Notes: generated by a model not told the origin, from the sequence alone. A DNA stretch of 64,000 nt from Edaphobacter sp. (GCF_035763405.1 NZ_DASUBE010000083.1:4109-68108); one strand, 5' to 3'; counted from the first letter of the stretch, positions 1-9,733 are shown. Translations and numbers: made by a program.

Positions 1-193
1 TCCATATCTGCCGGATCGGCGTATTGGGCGTGATGACGAATTTGCTGGACCCGTTCTCGAAGACGATGTTCATCACGCCGTTATTGTCTTCAAACTCGAA
101 ACCGGGGCCGTCGTCTTCGGCGGCAATCAGCGACTGCTTGAGCGATTCGAGGGCGTCGTCGGAGACGCGGCGGAAGGTGGCTTCGTCAATCAT
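1..193 (-). CDS. cyaY: Frataxin-like iron donor protein CyaY (partial; 3' end runs off the window)
   Basis: Minus-strand translation from the ATG at 193-191 reads MIDEATFRRVSDDALESLKQSLIAAEDDGPGFEFEDNNGVMNIVFENGSSKFVITPNTPIRQIW. This fits the CyaY pattern of an N-terminal helix followed by an acidic patch and G.L.I.F.NGS..I....P..QIW. It is absent from the ORF track because the window edge truncates it. Confidence 0.7.
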   Translation of the reverse strand, partial: MIDEATFRRVSDDALESLKQSLIAAEDDGPGFEFEDNNGVMNIVFENGSSKFVITPNTPIRQIW

Positions 194-250
194 GCCTCCA
201 GTTTATCCGGTTGGATTTAGTCGCGCACTATGCCGCGATGTTGCAAAGGC

Positions 251-286
251 AAAAAAAGGGGCCGCCCTGAGTGAGAGGGGCGGCCA
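251..286 (-). terminator. Rho-independent terminator downstream of the 307..2061 gene
   Basis: On the minus strand a GC-rich stem (GGCCGCCCC / GGGGCGGCC, about 258-267 and 278-285) is followed by a T7 run (plus-strand A7 at 251-257). Confidence 0.7.
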
Positions 287-306
287 GAGGTAGGACGTCG
301 AAAAAC

Positions 307-2061
307 TTATTGCACGTTGAGGGAGACGGTTGTGCTCTGCGTGATGGAGCCTGACGTGGCGGAGATGGTGATCCGCGACATCGTGCCAGGGGGAGTGCCT
401 TGGTTGTTCTGCGTGGACGGCGCCATGTACGAGGAGCACCCCACTACAGCTCCCGTGGAGGCGATCAGAAGAAACAGAACACCAAGCAGCCGAGGGTAGT
501 TGCCATACCCCTTTCGCTTCCGCAAAAGGGCCAGAACGGAGCCGAAGGGAAGAAGGAACGCCAAGTCGATGATCGCCTTTAACCTGCCGTTATGGGCTGG
601 CGGAGTCAGCGCGGCGTGCGCCGAGGTCTGGATCGTGACCGTGCTCGTGGCACTGGCCGTGGGCGACACCGAAAGCTGGCTGGGCGAGAAGGAGCAGGTC
701 GCGCCGGTGGGCAGCCCGCTGCAACTCAGGCTGACGTTGCCGCTGAAGCCGTTTGTCGGCGCTGCGCTGACGACAAGCTGCGTTGCGCTTCCCGCCGTCA
801 CGGTGGCCACCTGCGTGGAGGTGCTAAAGCCGAACGCCGCCGCGCCGCCTGCCGAAGCATTGTTGGCGATCGCGCCGAAGAGCCCGTGGGCTGCGTTGCT
901 CAGTCCGGCAGCAAAATAGAGCGTGTTCACGTCACCTGAGCCTGAGGTGCCGTCGCCGAAGATGAGTTCCCAGAGCGCCGGGTAGACCATCGTCTTGCCT
1001 GTGCCGTCTGCGATCTGGCCGCGGAAGGCGAAGGTTTGGGCGTCGTAGGCATTGATGATGCCGTCGCCGAAGTTGCCGACAAGCAGGTCGCCGCCGAAGA
1101 CACCGAATGCCGGTGGAGCGATGGCCAACCCCCAGGGCGCGTTCAGGTTGCCGCCCGTGACGGCGCGCGCGACAAAGTTGCCGTTGTTGTCAAAGACATC
1201 GACGAGGCCGTTTCCTGCGCCGAGAGACGCAGCATAGGAGACCGCGCGGGGTGACGGAGTCGCGCCGTCGATGGCGTACGGGGAGGGCGTACCTCCGCCG
1301 CCACCGCTGCCGCCGCTCGCGTTGGCGCGCAGCGCATAAGTCACAAAGACTTTGCTGCCGATGGCGTGGACGGAATAAGGCGCATAGCCGGACGGCAGGT
1401 TGGGGTCCGTGAAGCTGCCTGCCAATCTGGCTGGCGCGAACTTGTTGTCGTAGACCTCGATGTCCGATCCCTGACCGAAGTTGGCAGCGAGGATGAAAGC
1501 GCCGTTGGAGTTGTTCACAATCGCCATGTCGGTGTATGAGGCGTTGTTGACGCTGTTGTTCACAACGACCTGCGTGATGCTGTTGTTGGTGCCGAGTTTG
1601 CTGTTCCACCCGGTAATCAGCCCATCGAGCGTGCAGAACAGGAACGAGGCGCGCGACCCGTTGGAGAGAACAAAGTCTGTCGCAACGGGGTTGAAGACCG
1701 TGCCCGTCGGTGTTCCCGTTCCGCTGCCGGTCGCCGTGGGAATGATGACCTTGAAGGGTATGTTTCCCGTCGGTGTGGCGAGATAGTCGAAGCCGGTTGC
1801 GTTGGTGTTGATCCAGAAGACCTGACCGGGAGCGTCGGAGATGCCCCAGGGGTTGACGAAGTTGGGATCGGCGGCCGCAGCGGGGACGGAACCGTCCGAG
1901 ATGATGTTGGTGGCCTGGTAGGCTCCGGCCGTCTGTGCCGTTGCGAGACCGCATGAGATCGCCGCGCCCAGAAGAAGGGCGACCGCTGCTTTGAGGGCGG
2001 TCTTGATCCGGACGAATGGTTCGGGATTCAGTTTGGGGAGGGTTGCTGACTCGTTCCGCAT
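307..2061 (-). CDS. Secreted TIGR03118-like beta-propeller protein with C-terminal Ig-like segments
   Basis: The 584 aa ORF has a signal peptide (ALLLGAAISCGLATAQT). The motif DPNFVNPWGISDAPGQVFWINTNATG is typical of the TIGR03118/NHL-like family as I recall it. The C-terminus is Ser/Thr-rich and Ig-like, with an internal hydrophobic segment followed by RKRKG. Confidence 0.6.
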   Translation of the reverse strand: MRNESATLPKLNPEPFVRIKTALKAAVALLLGAAISCGLATAQTAGAYQATNIISDGSVPAAAADPNFVNPWGISDAPGQVFWINTNATGFDYLATPTGNIPFKVIIPTATGSGTGTPTGTVFNPVATDFVLSNGSRASFLFCTLDGLITGWNSKLGTNNSITQVVVNNSVNNASYTDMAIVNNSNGAFILAANFGQGSDIEVYDNKFAPARLAGSFTDPNLPSGYAPYSVHAIGSKVFVTYALRANASGGSGGGGGTPSPYAIDGATPSPRAVSYAASLGAGNGLVDVFDNNGNFVARAVTGGNLNAPWGLAIAPPAFGVFGGDLLVGNFGDGIINAYDAQTFAFRGQIADGTGKTMVYPALWELIFGDGTSGSGDVNTLYFAAGLSNAAHGLFGAIANNASAGGAAAFGFSTSTQVATVTAGSATQLVVSAAPTNGFSGNVSLSCSGLPTGATCSFSPSQLSVSPTASATSTVTIQTSAHAALTPPAHNGRLKAIIDLAFLLPFGSVLALLRKRKGYGNYPRLLGVLFLLIASTGAVVGCSSYMAPSTQNNQGTPPGTMSRITISATSGSITQSTTVSLNVQ

Positions 2062-2205
2062 GGTACCTCACGTTTCTCTGTCGTTGCCGGTTGAAGAACT
2101 CGTCCGGACAAGTTGGAGATTAGTGAGTCTGCAAATGGGAGTTGTCAGGGACTTGTCAGCAATCGGTCATTGGATTGCTTTTCTTGTCCCACGCAAAAAG
2201 AAGAA

Positions 2206-2236
2206 GGCCCAACGCAGCGATTTGCGGCGTTGGGCC
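2206..2236 (-). terminator. Rho-independent terminator downstream of ssb
   Basis: A perfect 10 bp stem (GGCCCAACGC at 2206-2215 pairs with GCGTTGGGCC at 2227-2236) is followed on the minus strand by CTTCTTCTTTTTGCG. Confidence 0.7.
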
Positions 2237-2252
2237 TCGGGTTCAGGCAGAG

Positions 2253-2705
2253 TTAGAAGGGAATATCGTCGTCGGTGATGCCAGGGTCTGCATGTTGTGC
2301 CTCGCTGGCTGGCGTGCGCTGGTCGAAACCGGCAGTGTTGGACTTGGAGTAGCCGCCTTCGCCGCCGCCGGGCTTCCCGAGCAGAGTCAGTTCGTTGACG
2401 ATGATCTCGGTGCGGTACTTCTTCTGACCAGACTCTTTATCGTCCCAGGAACGGGTCTGAATTTTGCCCTCAATATAAAGCTGCGAACCTTTCTTGACGT
2501 AGTCGCGAATGATCTCCGCAGTGCGGCTGAAGGCGACGAGATTGTGCCATTCCGTCTTGTCCTGCCAGTTGCCCTGCTGATCTTTCTGACGGTCGGCCGT
2601 TGCGAGCGAAAAGCTGGCGACAATGGTGCCGCCGGTCGTGGAACGGATCTCGGGGTCTTTGCCTACATTGCCGAGAAGAAGGACTTTGTTGACGCCTTTT
2701 GCCAT
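2253..2705 (-). CDS. ssb: Single-stranded DNA-binding protein
   Basis: The N-terminus MAKGVNKVLLLGNVGKDPEIR..TEWHNLVAF is an OB fold, followed by a Gly-rich linker and the canonical acidic tail DDDIPF. Confidence 0.95.
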   Translation of the reverse strand: MAKGVNKVLLLGNVGKDPEIRSTTGGTIVASFSLATADRQKDQQGNWQDKTEWHNLVAFSRTAEIIRDYVKKGSQLYIEGKIQTRSWDDKESGQKKYRTEIIVNELTLLGKPGGGEGGYSKSNTAGFDQRTPASEAQHADPGITDDDIPF

Positions 2706-2768
2706 GATCGAAACTCCATTGTGCGGTGTTGAACGTTGAGGATAGCAGATTCCCGATTGTGGACGCGG

Positions 2769-2993
2769 CTACCGGCGCGCGTCGCCAATGAGCTTGAAGA
2801 CGGCCAGCAACAGGGTCAAAAAGCCAGTCGGCAGGCAGCCTATGGCCAGTATCAGGGCCAGCCAGCCGGAGTTGGTATGCGGTCCCTGGTGGCTGATTCC
2901 GCCGAAGACCGTAAACATCAGCAACGCGGCAACAATGCCTGTGCCGAAGATGTAGATGCCCGAGCGGAGAAGTGTGCGTGTGTCTGGTCGCAT
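2769..2993 (-). CDS. Small two-TM membrane protein (hypothetical)
   Basis: The ATG at 2993 lies 1 nt after the stop of the upstream DUF420 gene (2995-2997), and the product has two hydrophobic helices. The ORF track extends it to 3026, but that overlap looks spurious. Confidence 0.5.
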   Translation of the reverse strand: MRPDTRTLLRSGIYIFGTGIVAALLMFTVFGGISHQGPHTNSGWLALILAIGCLPTGFLTLLLAVFKLIGDARR

Positions 2994-2994
2994 G

Positions 2995-3552
2995 TCAGTG
3001 AATGGCCGCCTGCATGATGTAAACAATGACTCCCGTTACGGAGACGTAGAGCCAGATGGGAAACGTGTAGCGCGCCAGCTTTTTGTGCGCCGGAAAGCGC
3101 CCCGTCAGCGAGAGAAAGAACGTAATCAGAATCATCGGCAGCGCGAAGACCGACAGCACAATGTGCGAGGCCAGCAGCTTCCAGTAGAAGGGCCACCACG
3201 CGCTCAGACGGTTGAAGCGCGTCTCGCCGTGCAATGTGAAGTTCGTCAGGTACGAGACCAGAAAGATGGTCGAAAACACAAACGCCGTAAACATTGCCGC
3301 CCGATGCTGCGCAATGCGGCCGGTGCGGATAAAGCGATAGCCGAACAGCAGCGCCGTGGTGCAGCACCCGTTCAGCACCGCGTTCAGCAGCGGCAGCGAG
3401 CGCAGATGCGTGCCCGAGACATCCGTCGGCGCGTGGAAGTAGACCAGGTAGCAGATCAGCGCGCTGGCCGCGAGGCTGAACAGAATGATGGCCGCAATCA
3501 CACCCGGAGGCGTGCGGACCGAATTGCTGGTTTGGGGCGGTGCCGTCGTCAT
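2995..3552 (-). CDS. DUF420 family membrane protein (cytochrome oxidase assembly-associated)
   Basis: The multi-TM sequence LNAVLNGCCTTALLFGYRFIRTGRIAQHRAAM...HKKLARYTFPIWLYVSVTGVIVY resembles DUF420. The start MTTAPPQ at 3552 overlaps the stop of the upstream gene in an ATGA. The longer track ORF (to 3768) is Arg/Gly/Ala-rich and implausible. Confidence 0.7.
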   Translation of the reverse strand: MTTAPPQTSNSVRTPPGVIAAIILFSLAASALICYLVYFHAPTDVSGTHLRSLPLLNAVLNGCCTTALLFGYRFIRTGRIAQHRAAMFTAFVFSTIFLVSYLTNFTLHGETRFNRLSAWWPFYWKLLASHIVLSVFALPMILITFFLSLTGRFPAHKKLARYTFPIWLYVSVTGVIVYIMQAAIH

Positions 3553-4520
3553 CAGAAGAAGAGGCGTCCTTTGGCATCGAGCATCATGGCGGCCATCAGC
3601 AGCGGCAGATACAGCACCGACGCTCGAAGCAGGTCGCGTGCCACCAGCCGCGAGTCCGCCGACTCCGGGTTGCGCGTAATGCGCGCGAACCGGATTGTGT
3701 ACCACAGGTAGCCCAGCCCCAGCCCCAGCGCCACCGCTCCATAGACGTAGCCGGTCGTATGCAGCCACACCAGCGACAGGCTCACCGGAATCATCAGCAC
3801 GGCGTAGAAGAGCGACTGAATCACGGTGCTCTGCGCGGCGTACTGCGTATTGGCCAGGTTAGGCGTCAGTCGAATCCCTGCGCGCGCGTAGTCGTCGCGG
3901 TACATCCAGCCAATCGCCATAAAGTGAGGAAACTGCCAGACAAAGAGGATCGCAAACAGCGCCACGCCGGGCCACTCGATCACGCCGCGTGCGGCGGTCC
4001 AGCCGATGAGCGGCGGCAGCGCCCCGGGAAATGCGCCGATAAACGTGTTGATCGTTGTCACGCGCTTGAGCGGCGTATAAATCGCCACGTAGCCGATGGC
4101 CGTCAGCAGCGTCAGCGTCCCGGTCAGCAGGTTCGTCGTCAGCGCCAGATAGAGCGAGCCCAGAAAGACAGCCGCAAAGCCCAGCAGAAGCCCATGCGTC
4201 AGCGAGATGCGCCCCGCAGCCATGGGACGGTTCGACGTGCGGCGCATCAGAGAGTCAGTGCGCCGTTCGAGCGCCTGATTGAGCGCCGCCGAGCCGCACG
4301 TGACCACCGCGATGCCACCCAGCGCATCGATCAGCCCTGCGTGAAACGGGCTGATGCCACTGCGCAGGCTGCCCAGGTAGAACCCCGCTCCCGCCGTGAT
4401 GATAACCATCGCCGAGACCCGCACCTTGAACAGCGTGGCGTAGTCGGCCAGCAGCGAGCGCGGCTTGGGACACGCCTCTGCCGGGGCCAGCACGTGGTCA
4501 GTTGTCGCGGAGGTTGCCAC
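3552..4520 (-). CDS. ctaB: Protoheme IX farnesyltransferase (heme O synthase)
   Basis: The 322 aa polytopic UbiA-type prenyltransferase has NQALERRTDSLMRRTSNRP and FVWQFPHFMAIGWMYRDDY motifs typical of CyoE/CtaB. Confidence 0.9.
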   Translation of the reverse strand: MATSATTDHVLAPAEACPKPRSLLADYATLFKVRVSAMVIITAGAGFYLGSLRSGISPFHAGLIDALGGIAVVTCGSAALNQALERRTDSLMRRTSNRPMAAGRISLTHGLLLGFAAVFLGSLYLALTTNLLTGTLTLLTAIGYVAIYTPLKRVTTINTFIGAFPGALPPLIGWTAARGVIEWPGVALFAILFVWQFPHFMAIGWMYRDDYARAGIRLTPNLANTQYAAQSTVIQSLFYAVLMIPVSLSLVWLHTTGYVYGAVALGLGLGYLWYTIRFARITRNPESADSRLVARDLLRASVLYLPLLMAAMMLDAKGRLFF

Positions 4521-4571
4521 CCTCTAAGGATACCGCTTTTGTCCGCCCTGCGTGGCCTCTCAGGACGAAAC

Positions 4572-6353
4572 TCACGGCCTCGGTCGCAGCTCCTTCAGAA
4601 ACGTCTTCGCCGTCGCCCGCGTATTCAACACGTCCGCCGCAGTCAGCCACGCTCGGCGCAACTGCGTGATTCCGTAGCGCATCTGGTCCAGTTCGCCCGT
4701 CGCGTGGGCATCGGTATCGACCACGATCTTGCAGCCAAGCTCCTTCGCCAGCCGCAGGTTCAGGTCGTTCAAATCGGAGCGGGCAGGCGCGGCATTGTGC
4801 TCCATCGCAACCCCCAGTTCCGCCGCCCGCCTGAGCACCTGATCGAGATGAATTTGAAACGCCTCGCGCTTCAGCACCAGGCGCCCCGTAGGATGCCCCA
4901 GAATGCGCACGTACGGGTTCTCAATCGCGCGCAGCACGCGGGCGGTCATCTCCTCGATGGGCTGGTTGAAATGCGAGTGCACGCTGGCCACCACAATGTC
5001 CATCTCGGCCAGCGTCTTGTCGGCCAGGTCCAGCGAGCCATCGGCAAGAATGTCCACCTCGATGCCCGCAAGCACGCGCATCTTCCCCTTGTGCTCCTTC
5101 TGTAACTCCGCGTCCACCTCGCGGATGCGCTTGATGTGAGCCATCGCGCGCTTGTCGTCCAGCCCGTTCGTCATGGCCAGATTTTTACTGTGGTCGGTGA
5201 TGGCGATGTAGGCCAGCCCGCGCGCCATCGCCGCCTCGGCCATCTCGCGGATGGTGTTGCGACCGTCGGTGGCCTCGGTGTGCATGTGCAGGTCGCCGCG
5301 AATGTCGGCCAGCGTGATGAGCTTAGGCAGTGTGTGCGCGGCGGCAGCCTCAATCTCGCCCGAGTTCTCACGCAGCTCCGGCGGAATGTAGTCAAGATCG
5401 AGTGCGCGGTAAATATCTTCCTCTGTCCGTGCAGCGACGATGGCGTTGTCGTCCAGCCGCGCCAGCGCATACTCGTTCAACGTCAGCCCGCGTTTGATGG
5501 CCCGCTGCCGCAACGCGACATTGTGCATCTTTGAGCCGGTGAAGTACTGCAACGCCGCGCCGTAGCTGGCACGCGGCAACAGCCGCACGTCTACCTGGAG
5601 ATTGTTGCGCAGCGTAAAGCTCACCTTGTTCTGCCCCTTGGCCAGCAGCTTGTCGATCAGCGGCAACCCGGCCACATGCTCGACGGCTGCCGCGACCACA
5701 CCCGGCTCGCACGCAGGCCCCGTCACCAGCAGGTCGAGATCGCCCACCGTCTCGCGCCCGCGCCGCAGCGAGCCGGCCGGAGTAATCTCGTCAATCCCCG
5801 GAAACGCGCGGATGAGCGCGGAGATCTTCTCGGCATACTCGTGCGCATCGTCGATGCGGAAGCGGCTCGAATTGCGCCGGTAGTCCTCGATCCCCTTCAG
5901 CAGCTTATCGGTAAACTTCTGCCCCATGCGCGGCAGGTCGGCCAACTTACCCTCTTTCGCCGCCGCTTCCAATGCATCGATGTCGGAGACGCCAAGCGCC
6001 GACCACACCAGCGCAACCGTCTTCGGCCCCATGCCCGGCAGGCGCAGCAACTCCAGCATCGTCGGCTTGTATTTTGCGAGTAGCTCTTCGCGCAGCGGCA
6101 TCGTGCCGGTCGAGACCATCTCGACGATGTTCGCGGCCATGCCTTTGCCGATGCCCGGAATGGCGAGCAGTTGTTTCAGGTCGCCTACCAGAGTCGAGAC
6201 TTGCGTCGTCTGCTGTTCGATGGCCTCGGCGGCGCGGCGGTACGAGCGGATGCGAAACGGATCGCCTGCATCGATTTCCAGCAGCGATGCAGTCTCGTCG
6301 AGCAGGCGGGCGATGGCGATATTGTCCATAGGAGGCTGTTCAGCGCGCAGCAC
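4572..6353 (-). CDS. polX: DNA polymerase X family protein with C-terminal PHP phosphoesterase domain
   Basis: It has N-terminal HhH/Pol beta-like regions (GIGKGMAANI, GMGPKTV, GSLRRGRETVGDLDLLV) and a C-terminal PHP domain (GDLHMHTEATDG...ITDHS...DTDAH). The start is uncertain, with an alternative ATG at 6329 (MDNIAIARLL). Confidence 0.9.
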   Translation of the reverse strand: MLRAEQPPMDNIAIARLLDETASLLEIDAGDPFRIRSYRRAAEAIEQQTTQVSTLVGDLKQLLAIPGIGKGMAANIVEMVSTGTMPLREELLAKYKPTMLELLRLPGMGPKTVALVWSALGVSDIDALEAAAKEGKLADLPRMGQKFTDKLLKGIEDYRRNSSRFRIDDAHEYAEKISALIRAFPGIDEITPAGSLRRGRETVGDLDLLVTGPACEPGVVAAAVEHVAGLPLIDKLLAKGQNKVSFTLRNNLQVDVRLLPRASYGAALQYFTGSKMHNVALRQRAIKRGLTLNEYALARLDDNAIVAARTEEDIYRALDLDYIPPELRENSGEIEAAAAHTLPKLITLADIRGDLHMHTEATDGRNTIREMAEAAMARGLAYIAITDHSKNLAMTNGLDDKRAMAHIKRIREVDAELQKEHKGKMRVLAGIEVDILADGSLDLADKTLAEMDIVVASVHSHFNQPIEEMTARVLRAIENPYVRILGHPTGRLVLKREAFQIHLDQVLRRAAELGVAMEHNAAPARSDLNDLNLRLAKELGCKIVVDTDAHATGELDQMRYGITQLRRAWLTAADVLNTRATAKTFLKELRPRP

Positions 6354-6462
6354 CCTCTGCTGCGCCTGTCTGGCCAGTATGCACCATGGAGCTGTTTCAA
6401 GGCAGGGAGCAATGCAGCAAAGCGGGCGCGCTCTCGGGGGCGCGCGTTAGGGAGGGCAAAGT

Positions 6463-6684
6463 CTATCCGGCGACTTCCTTCAGTCGGGCCACCTGGTCGG
6501 CCTGCGGGCCTTTTGCACCTTCGATGATGTCGAACTCTACCTGGTCGCCTTCCTTCAGACTCTTATAGCCCTCGCGCAGGATCGAGCTGTAGTGAACGAA
6601 CACGTCTGCCCCGCCGTCGCGGCCGAGGAAGCCATATCCCTTCGCATTGTTGAACCACTTAACGATGCCTTTGTACTGTGCCAA
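6463..6684 (-). CDS. Cold-shock protein (CspA family)
   Basis: [29 protein letters not shown] carries the RNP1/RNP2 motifs. I prefer the TTG start at 6684, preceded by AAGGGAG 9 nt upstream. The track ORF extends to 6726. Confidence 0.85.
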   Translation of the reverse strand: MAQYKGIVKWFNNAKGYGFLGRDGGADVFVHYSSILREGYKSLKEGDQVEFDIIEGAKGPQADQVARLKEVAG

Positions 6685-7030
6685 TGGAGCGAACTCCCTT
6701 ATCTTCAGGTTCGAGCCGAGACGCAACGCCGAAGGGCTACAGCGCGGCTCAACTGACTCTGACGCAGAAGATAGGGCGAGGGGTTTTCTGCAAAGTTCTA
6801 GCTTTTTTTTGATGGAAAGGTACGCGTACCCTGCGAAGCACTTCAGAAAATCACCACAAATATCGGATGAAACATGCAGTTGTGTGACCCGTGTCGAGAT
6901 TAACTTTCACCCGTACGCAAAGTTTTCATCTACCGCAAACGATCCTTTGGCCGGACACACGAAACGCCCCGGCGCACCGGAGCGTAATCCGTAATCGTAG
7001 ATGCACTACGAACGATTCCACCGACGCCGT

Positions 7031-7654
7031 CTAGAACCGCCCCGCCCTGCGTGCAGCATCGTAAAAGAGGACGCCGATCAGTGTCTTACCGTCGTGAACT
7101 TTATCTGCGGCAATCATCGCAAGCACCTCGGAGAGCCGCATCCGCACAACCTCAATCTGCTCATCGGCCTCGGGGTCGGCCGCGCCCTGCCGGATGTCGC
7201 GTGCCAGATAGATGTTCATCGACTCGCCCAGAAAGCCGGGGCTGGCGTAGTACTTCGTCAGGTGCGTCCACCGCCTGGCGCGATAGCCGGTCTCTTCAAT
7301 CATCTCGCGCTTGGCGGCAGCCAGCGGAGCCTCGCCCGGCTCGATGCGCCCGGCGGGAAGCTCCAGTAGAATCTGTCCGGCTGCGTGACGATACTGCCGC
7401 TCCAGAATAATCTCCGGGTCGCTCGCGTCCTTCGACTCGTCCACGGCCAGAATCACAATCGAGCCGTTGTGCCGGATCACGTCGCGCGTATTTACAAAGC
7501 CGCCCGGCTCCTGCACCTTGTCTGTGTACACCGAGAAAACCTTGCCCTTGTAGGCGACTTTGGACGAGATCAGCTTCACCCTGGCTGCGGCTTTCTTCTT
7601 ACCTGCTGCGGGCCTGGGCGTGGCACTGGGGGCTTTGTTCGTCTTTGCTGGCAT
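7031..7654 (-). CDS. NUDIX hydrolase (ADP-ribose pyrophosphatase-like)
   Basis: The Nudix box GRIEPGEAPLAAAKREMIEETGY is present. The start MPAKTNK is at 7654. The 378 aa track ORF upstream of that point is Arg-rich antisense noise over bshC. Confidence 0.85.
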   Translation of the reverse strand: MPAKTNKAPSATPRPAAGKKKAAARVKLISSKVAYKGKVFSVYTDKVQEPGGFVNTRDVIRHNGSIVILAVDESKDASDPEIILERQYRHAAGQILLELPAGRIEPGEAPLAAAKREMIEETGYRARRWTHLTKYYASPGFLGESMNIYLARDIRQGAADPEADEQIEVVRMRLSEVLAMIAADKVHDGKTLIGVLFYDAARRAGRF

Positions 7655-7762
7655 AAGCCTACGGTAACATCCTGCATCGCGGATTGGGCACCGAACATCC
7701 AACGGAATGCGCAACCATGTAAGGTTAAAAGTGCCGGCGAAGCCGGAAGGGACGAGTCTCGA

Positions 7763-9388
7763 ATGAGCATTGAGTGTTACCCCATGACGGTGTTGCCGGG
7801 CGTATCGCCCCTGTTCCGCGACTATCTCGCCATGGGTGTGGAGTCTCCGCTGCACAACTGGTACGGGGCCGCTCCCTTCTCGATGGGCTGGATGGACCCC
7901 GCGCCTCGCCGCGATCACTCTGATGCGCTGGCGGATCTTCTTGAGCAACAGAACCGCGCATTCGGCGCGGGTGTCGCTGCCTCTGAAAACATCCGCAAGC
8001 TCCGCGCCGGAGCGCGGGCAGTCGTCACAGGCCAGCAGGTGGTCCTCTTCGGCGGACCGCTCTTGACGCTCCTCAAAGCCGCAACCGCCATCGCGCGCGC
8101 GAAGACCGCGACCACCGCGACCGGCGTCGAGCACGTCCCGGTCTTCTGGATGGCGACCGAAGACCACGATCTCGCCGAAGTCGATCAGGTCGCACTCTTA
8201 ACCAAGACCTCCATCGAGACGCTACACGCAGGACTGCAATCGAACTCCGCTCCGGTCGGCGGCGTCGTCCCCGGGCCGGAGCTTGACACCGTGCTTGAGC
8301 GCACTGCCGAACTGCTCGGCCACGCTCCCGTCAGCGAGTGGCTGCGCGAGTGTTATCGCTCCACCAGCGGCGAGCAGGCAACGCTCGCGCTCGCTTTCGG
8401 CCGCCTGATGGCTCGTATCTTCAGCGAGCAGGGTCTGGTCATCATGGACGCCTCCACGCGCGAATTCCACGCCCTCGGCGCAAAGACGCTCCGGTACGCC
8501 ATTGAACACGCCGAGGATCTGCAGCAGGTGCTCATCGCTCGCAGCGACCAGCTTGTCCTGGCGGGCTATCACGCGCAGGTGCTGGTTACAGAAGGCTCAT
8601 CGCTGCTCTTCCTCATCAACGAAGCAACCGGCGAGCGCCAGGCCCTGAAGCGTCAGTCCGATGCTCCGCCCGAAGCCGCGTGGAAGGCCAACGGACGCAC
8701 CTATTCGACCGCCGAGCTGCTGGCGATACTCGACACCGCGCCCGAGCGCATCAGCCCCAACGCACTGCTGCGTCCCGTCTTTCAGGACACCATCCTGCCG
8801 ACCACGGCTTACGTCGGCGGTCCTGCTGAAGTGGCTTATTTCGCCCAGAGTTCTGCTGTTTATCAGGCAATTCTTGGCCGCGTCACCCCCATCCTTCCGC
8901 GCCTCAGCGCCACGCTCATCGAGCCTGCTGTCGCCGCCGTCATGGACAAGGACGAAGTCGCGCTTCCCGCCGCATTCACCACCGCCGACGAACTGGCGCA
9001 GCAACTCGGCGAGCGAGCGATGCCCGTCGAAGCCAAGCGCAGAATCGAAGCCGCAGGCGACGCCTTCGACCGTGAGCTTACCGCTCTGACCGACTATCTC
9101 AAGGCCGTCGATACGGCGCTCGGCCAGTCCGCCGAGGCGTCCGGCTCGAAGATGCTCTACCAGATGAACCGCCTGCGCCGCATGGCCTCGACCTTCGAGC
9201 TTCAGAAAAACGCCAGCCTGCGCAAGCACGCGGACACGCTCACGCTCAATCTCTTTCCCGACGGACACCCGCAGGAGCGCGTCATCGCCGGCGTATGGTT
9301 CATGGCCCGCTACGGCGACGGCCTGGTGGAGCGGCTGGTCGAGGTGGCGGCGAACCAGTGTCCCAGCCATGTTGCCGTGCGCCTGTAA
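7763..9388 (+). CDS. bshC: Bacillithiol biosynthesis cysteine-adding enzyme BshC
   Basis: The start is MSIECYPMTVLPGVSPLFRDYL, and VVTGQQVVLFGGPLLTLLKAATAI...VPVFWMATEDHDLAEVD matches the conserved BshC N-terminal core (GGQQ...FW.A.EDHD). The length of 541 aa is appropriate. Confidence 0.85.
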   Translation: MSIECYPMTVLPGVSPLFRDYLAMGVESPLHNWYGAAPFSMGWMDPAPRRDHSDALADLLEQQNRAFGAGVAASENIRKLRAGARAVVTGQQVVLFGGPLLTLLKAATAIARAKTATTATGVEHVPVFWMATEDHDLAEVDQVALLTKTSIETLHAGLQSNSAPVGGVVPGPELDTVLERTAELLGHAPVSEWLRECYRSTSGEQATLALAFGRLMARIFSEQGLVIMDASTREFHALGAKTLRYAIEHAEDLQQVLIARSDQLVLAGYHAQVLVTEGSSLLFLINEATGERQALKRQSDAPPEAAWKANGRTYSTAELLAILDTAPERISPNALLRPVFQDTILPTTAYVGGPAEVAYFAQSSAVYQAILGRVTPILPRLSATLIEPAVAAVMDKDEVALPAAFTTADELAQQLGERAMPVEAKRRIEAAGDAFDRELTALTDYLKAVDTALGQSAEASGSKMLYQMNRLRRMASTFELQKNASLRKHADTLTLNLFPDGHPQERVIAGVWFMARYGDGLVERLVEVAANQCPSHVAVRL

Positions 9389-9417
9389 GCCGTAAAATGG
9401 AAGCCGAGAGGTGTTCC

Positions 9418-9726
9418 ATGGGACTGAGCGACCAGCCATTCGAGGTCATGTGTCCGGACTGCGGCGGGATGTTGAAGATCGACCCGGTGACGCGCGCCAT
9501 CATCTCCCACAAGTCCGCTCCGAAGAAGAAGATGTTCGAGGACTTCGGCGAGGCCGCCAAGGCGCTCCGCGAGGCGGATGCCCGCCGCGACTCCATCTTT
9601 CAGCAGAGCGTCGATGCCCAGAAGAACAAGGACGACGTGCTGGCAAAGAAGTTCGCTGAGGCGGTGAAGAAGGCAAAGGAGACGCCGCTCGGCGAGCGCC
9701 CCCTCCGGGACTTCGACCTCGACTAG
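9418..9726 (+). CDS. Small zinc-ribbon protein (hypothetical)
   Basis: A GAGAGG ribosome-binding site sits 6 nt upstream of the ATG. The product has a CPDCGG motif followed by a Lys/Ala/Asp-rich helical tail, and third-position GC looks coding. Confidence 0.6.
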   Translation: MGLSDQPFEVMCPDCGGMLKIDPVTRAIISHKSAPKKKMFEDFGEAAKALREADARRDSIFQQSVDAQKNKDDVLAKKFAEAVKKAKETPLGERPLRDFDLD

Positions 9727-9733
9727 TCGAGGC

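Noticed and set aside
3540-5105. 521 aa plus-strand ORF spanning ctaB and polX
   Set aside because: It is extremely Arg/Gln/His-rich, crosses two well-supported minus-strand genes and their intergenic gap, and is not coding.
6685-7030. Cold-shock gene 5' leader as a defined thermosensor RNA, and the 115 aa ORF at 6647..6994
   Set aside because: A long untranslated leader upstream of csp is expected, but I could not identify a cold-box or a conserved structure by eye. The ORF has no coding signal.
7655-8167. Upstream 171 codons of the long ORF containing the NUDIX hydrolase
   Set aside because: The region is Arg/Gly-rich and overlaps the well-supported bshC gene on the other strand. The Nudix protein begins naturally at MPAKTNK.
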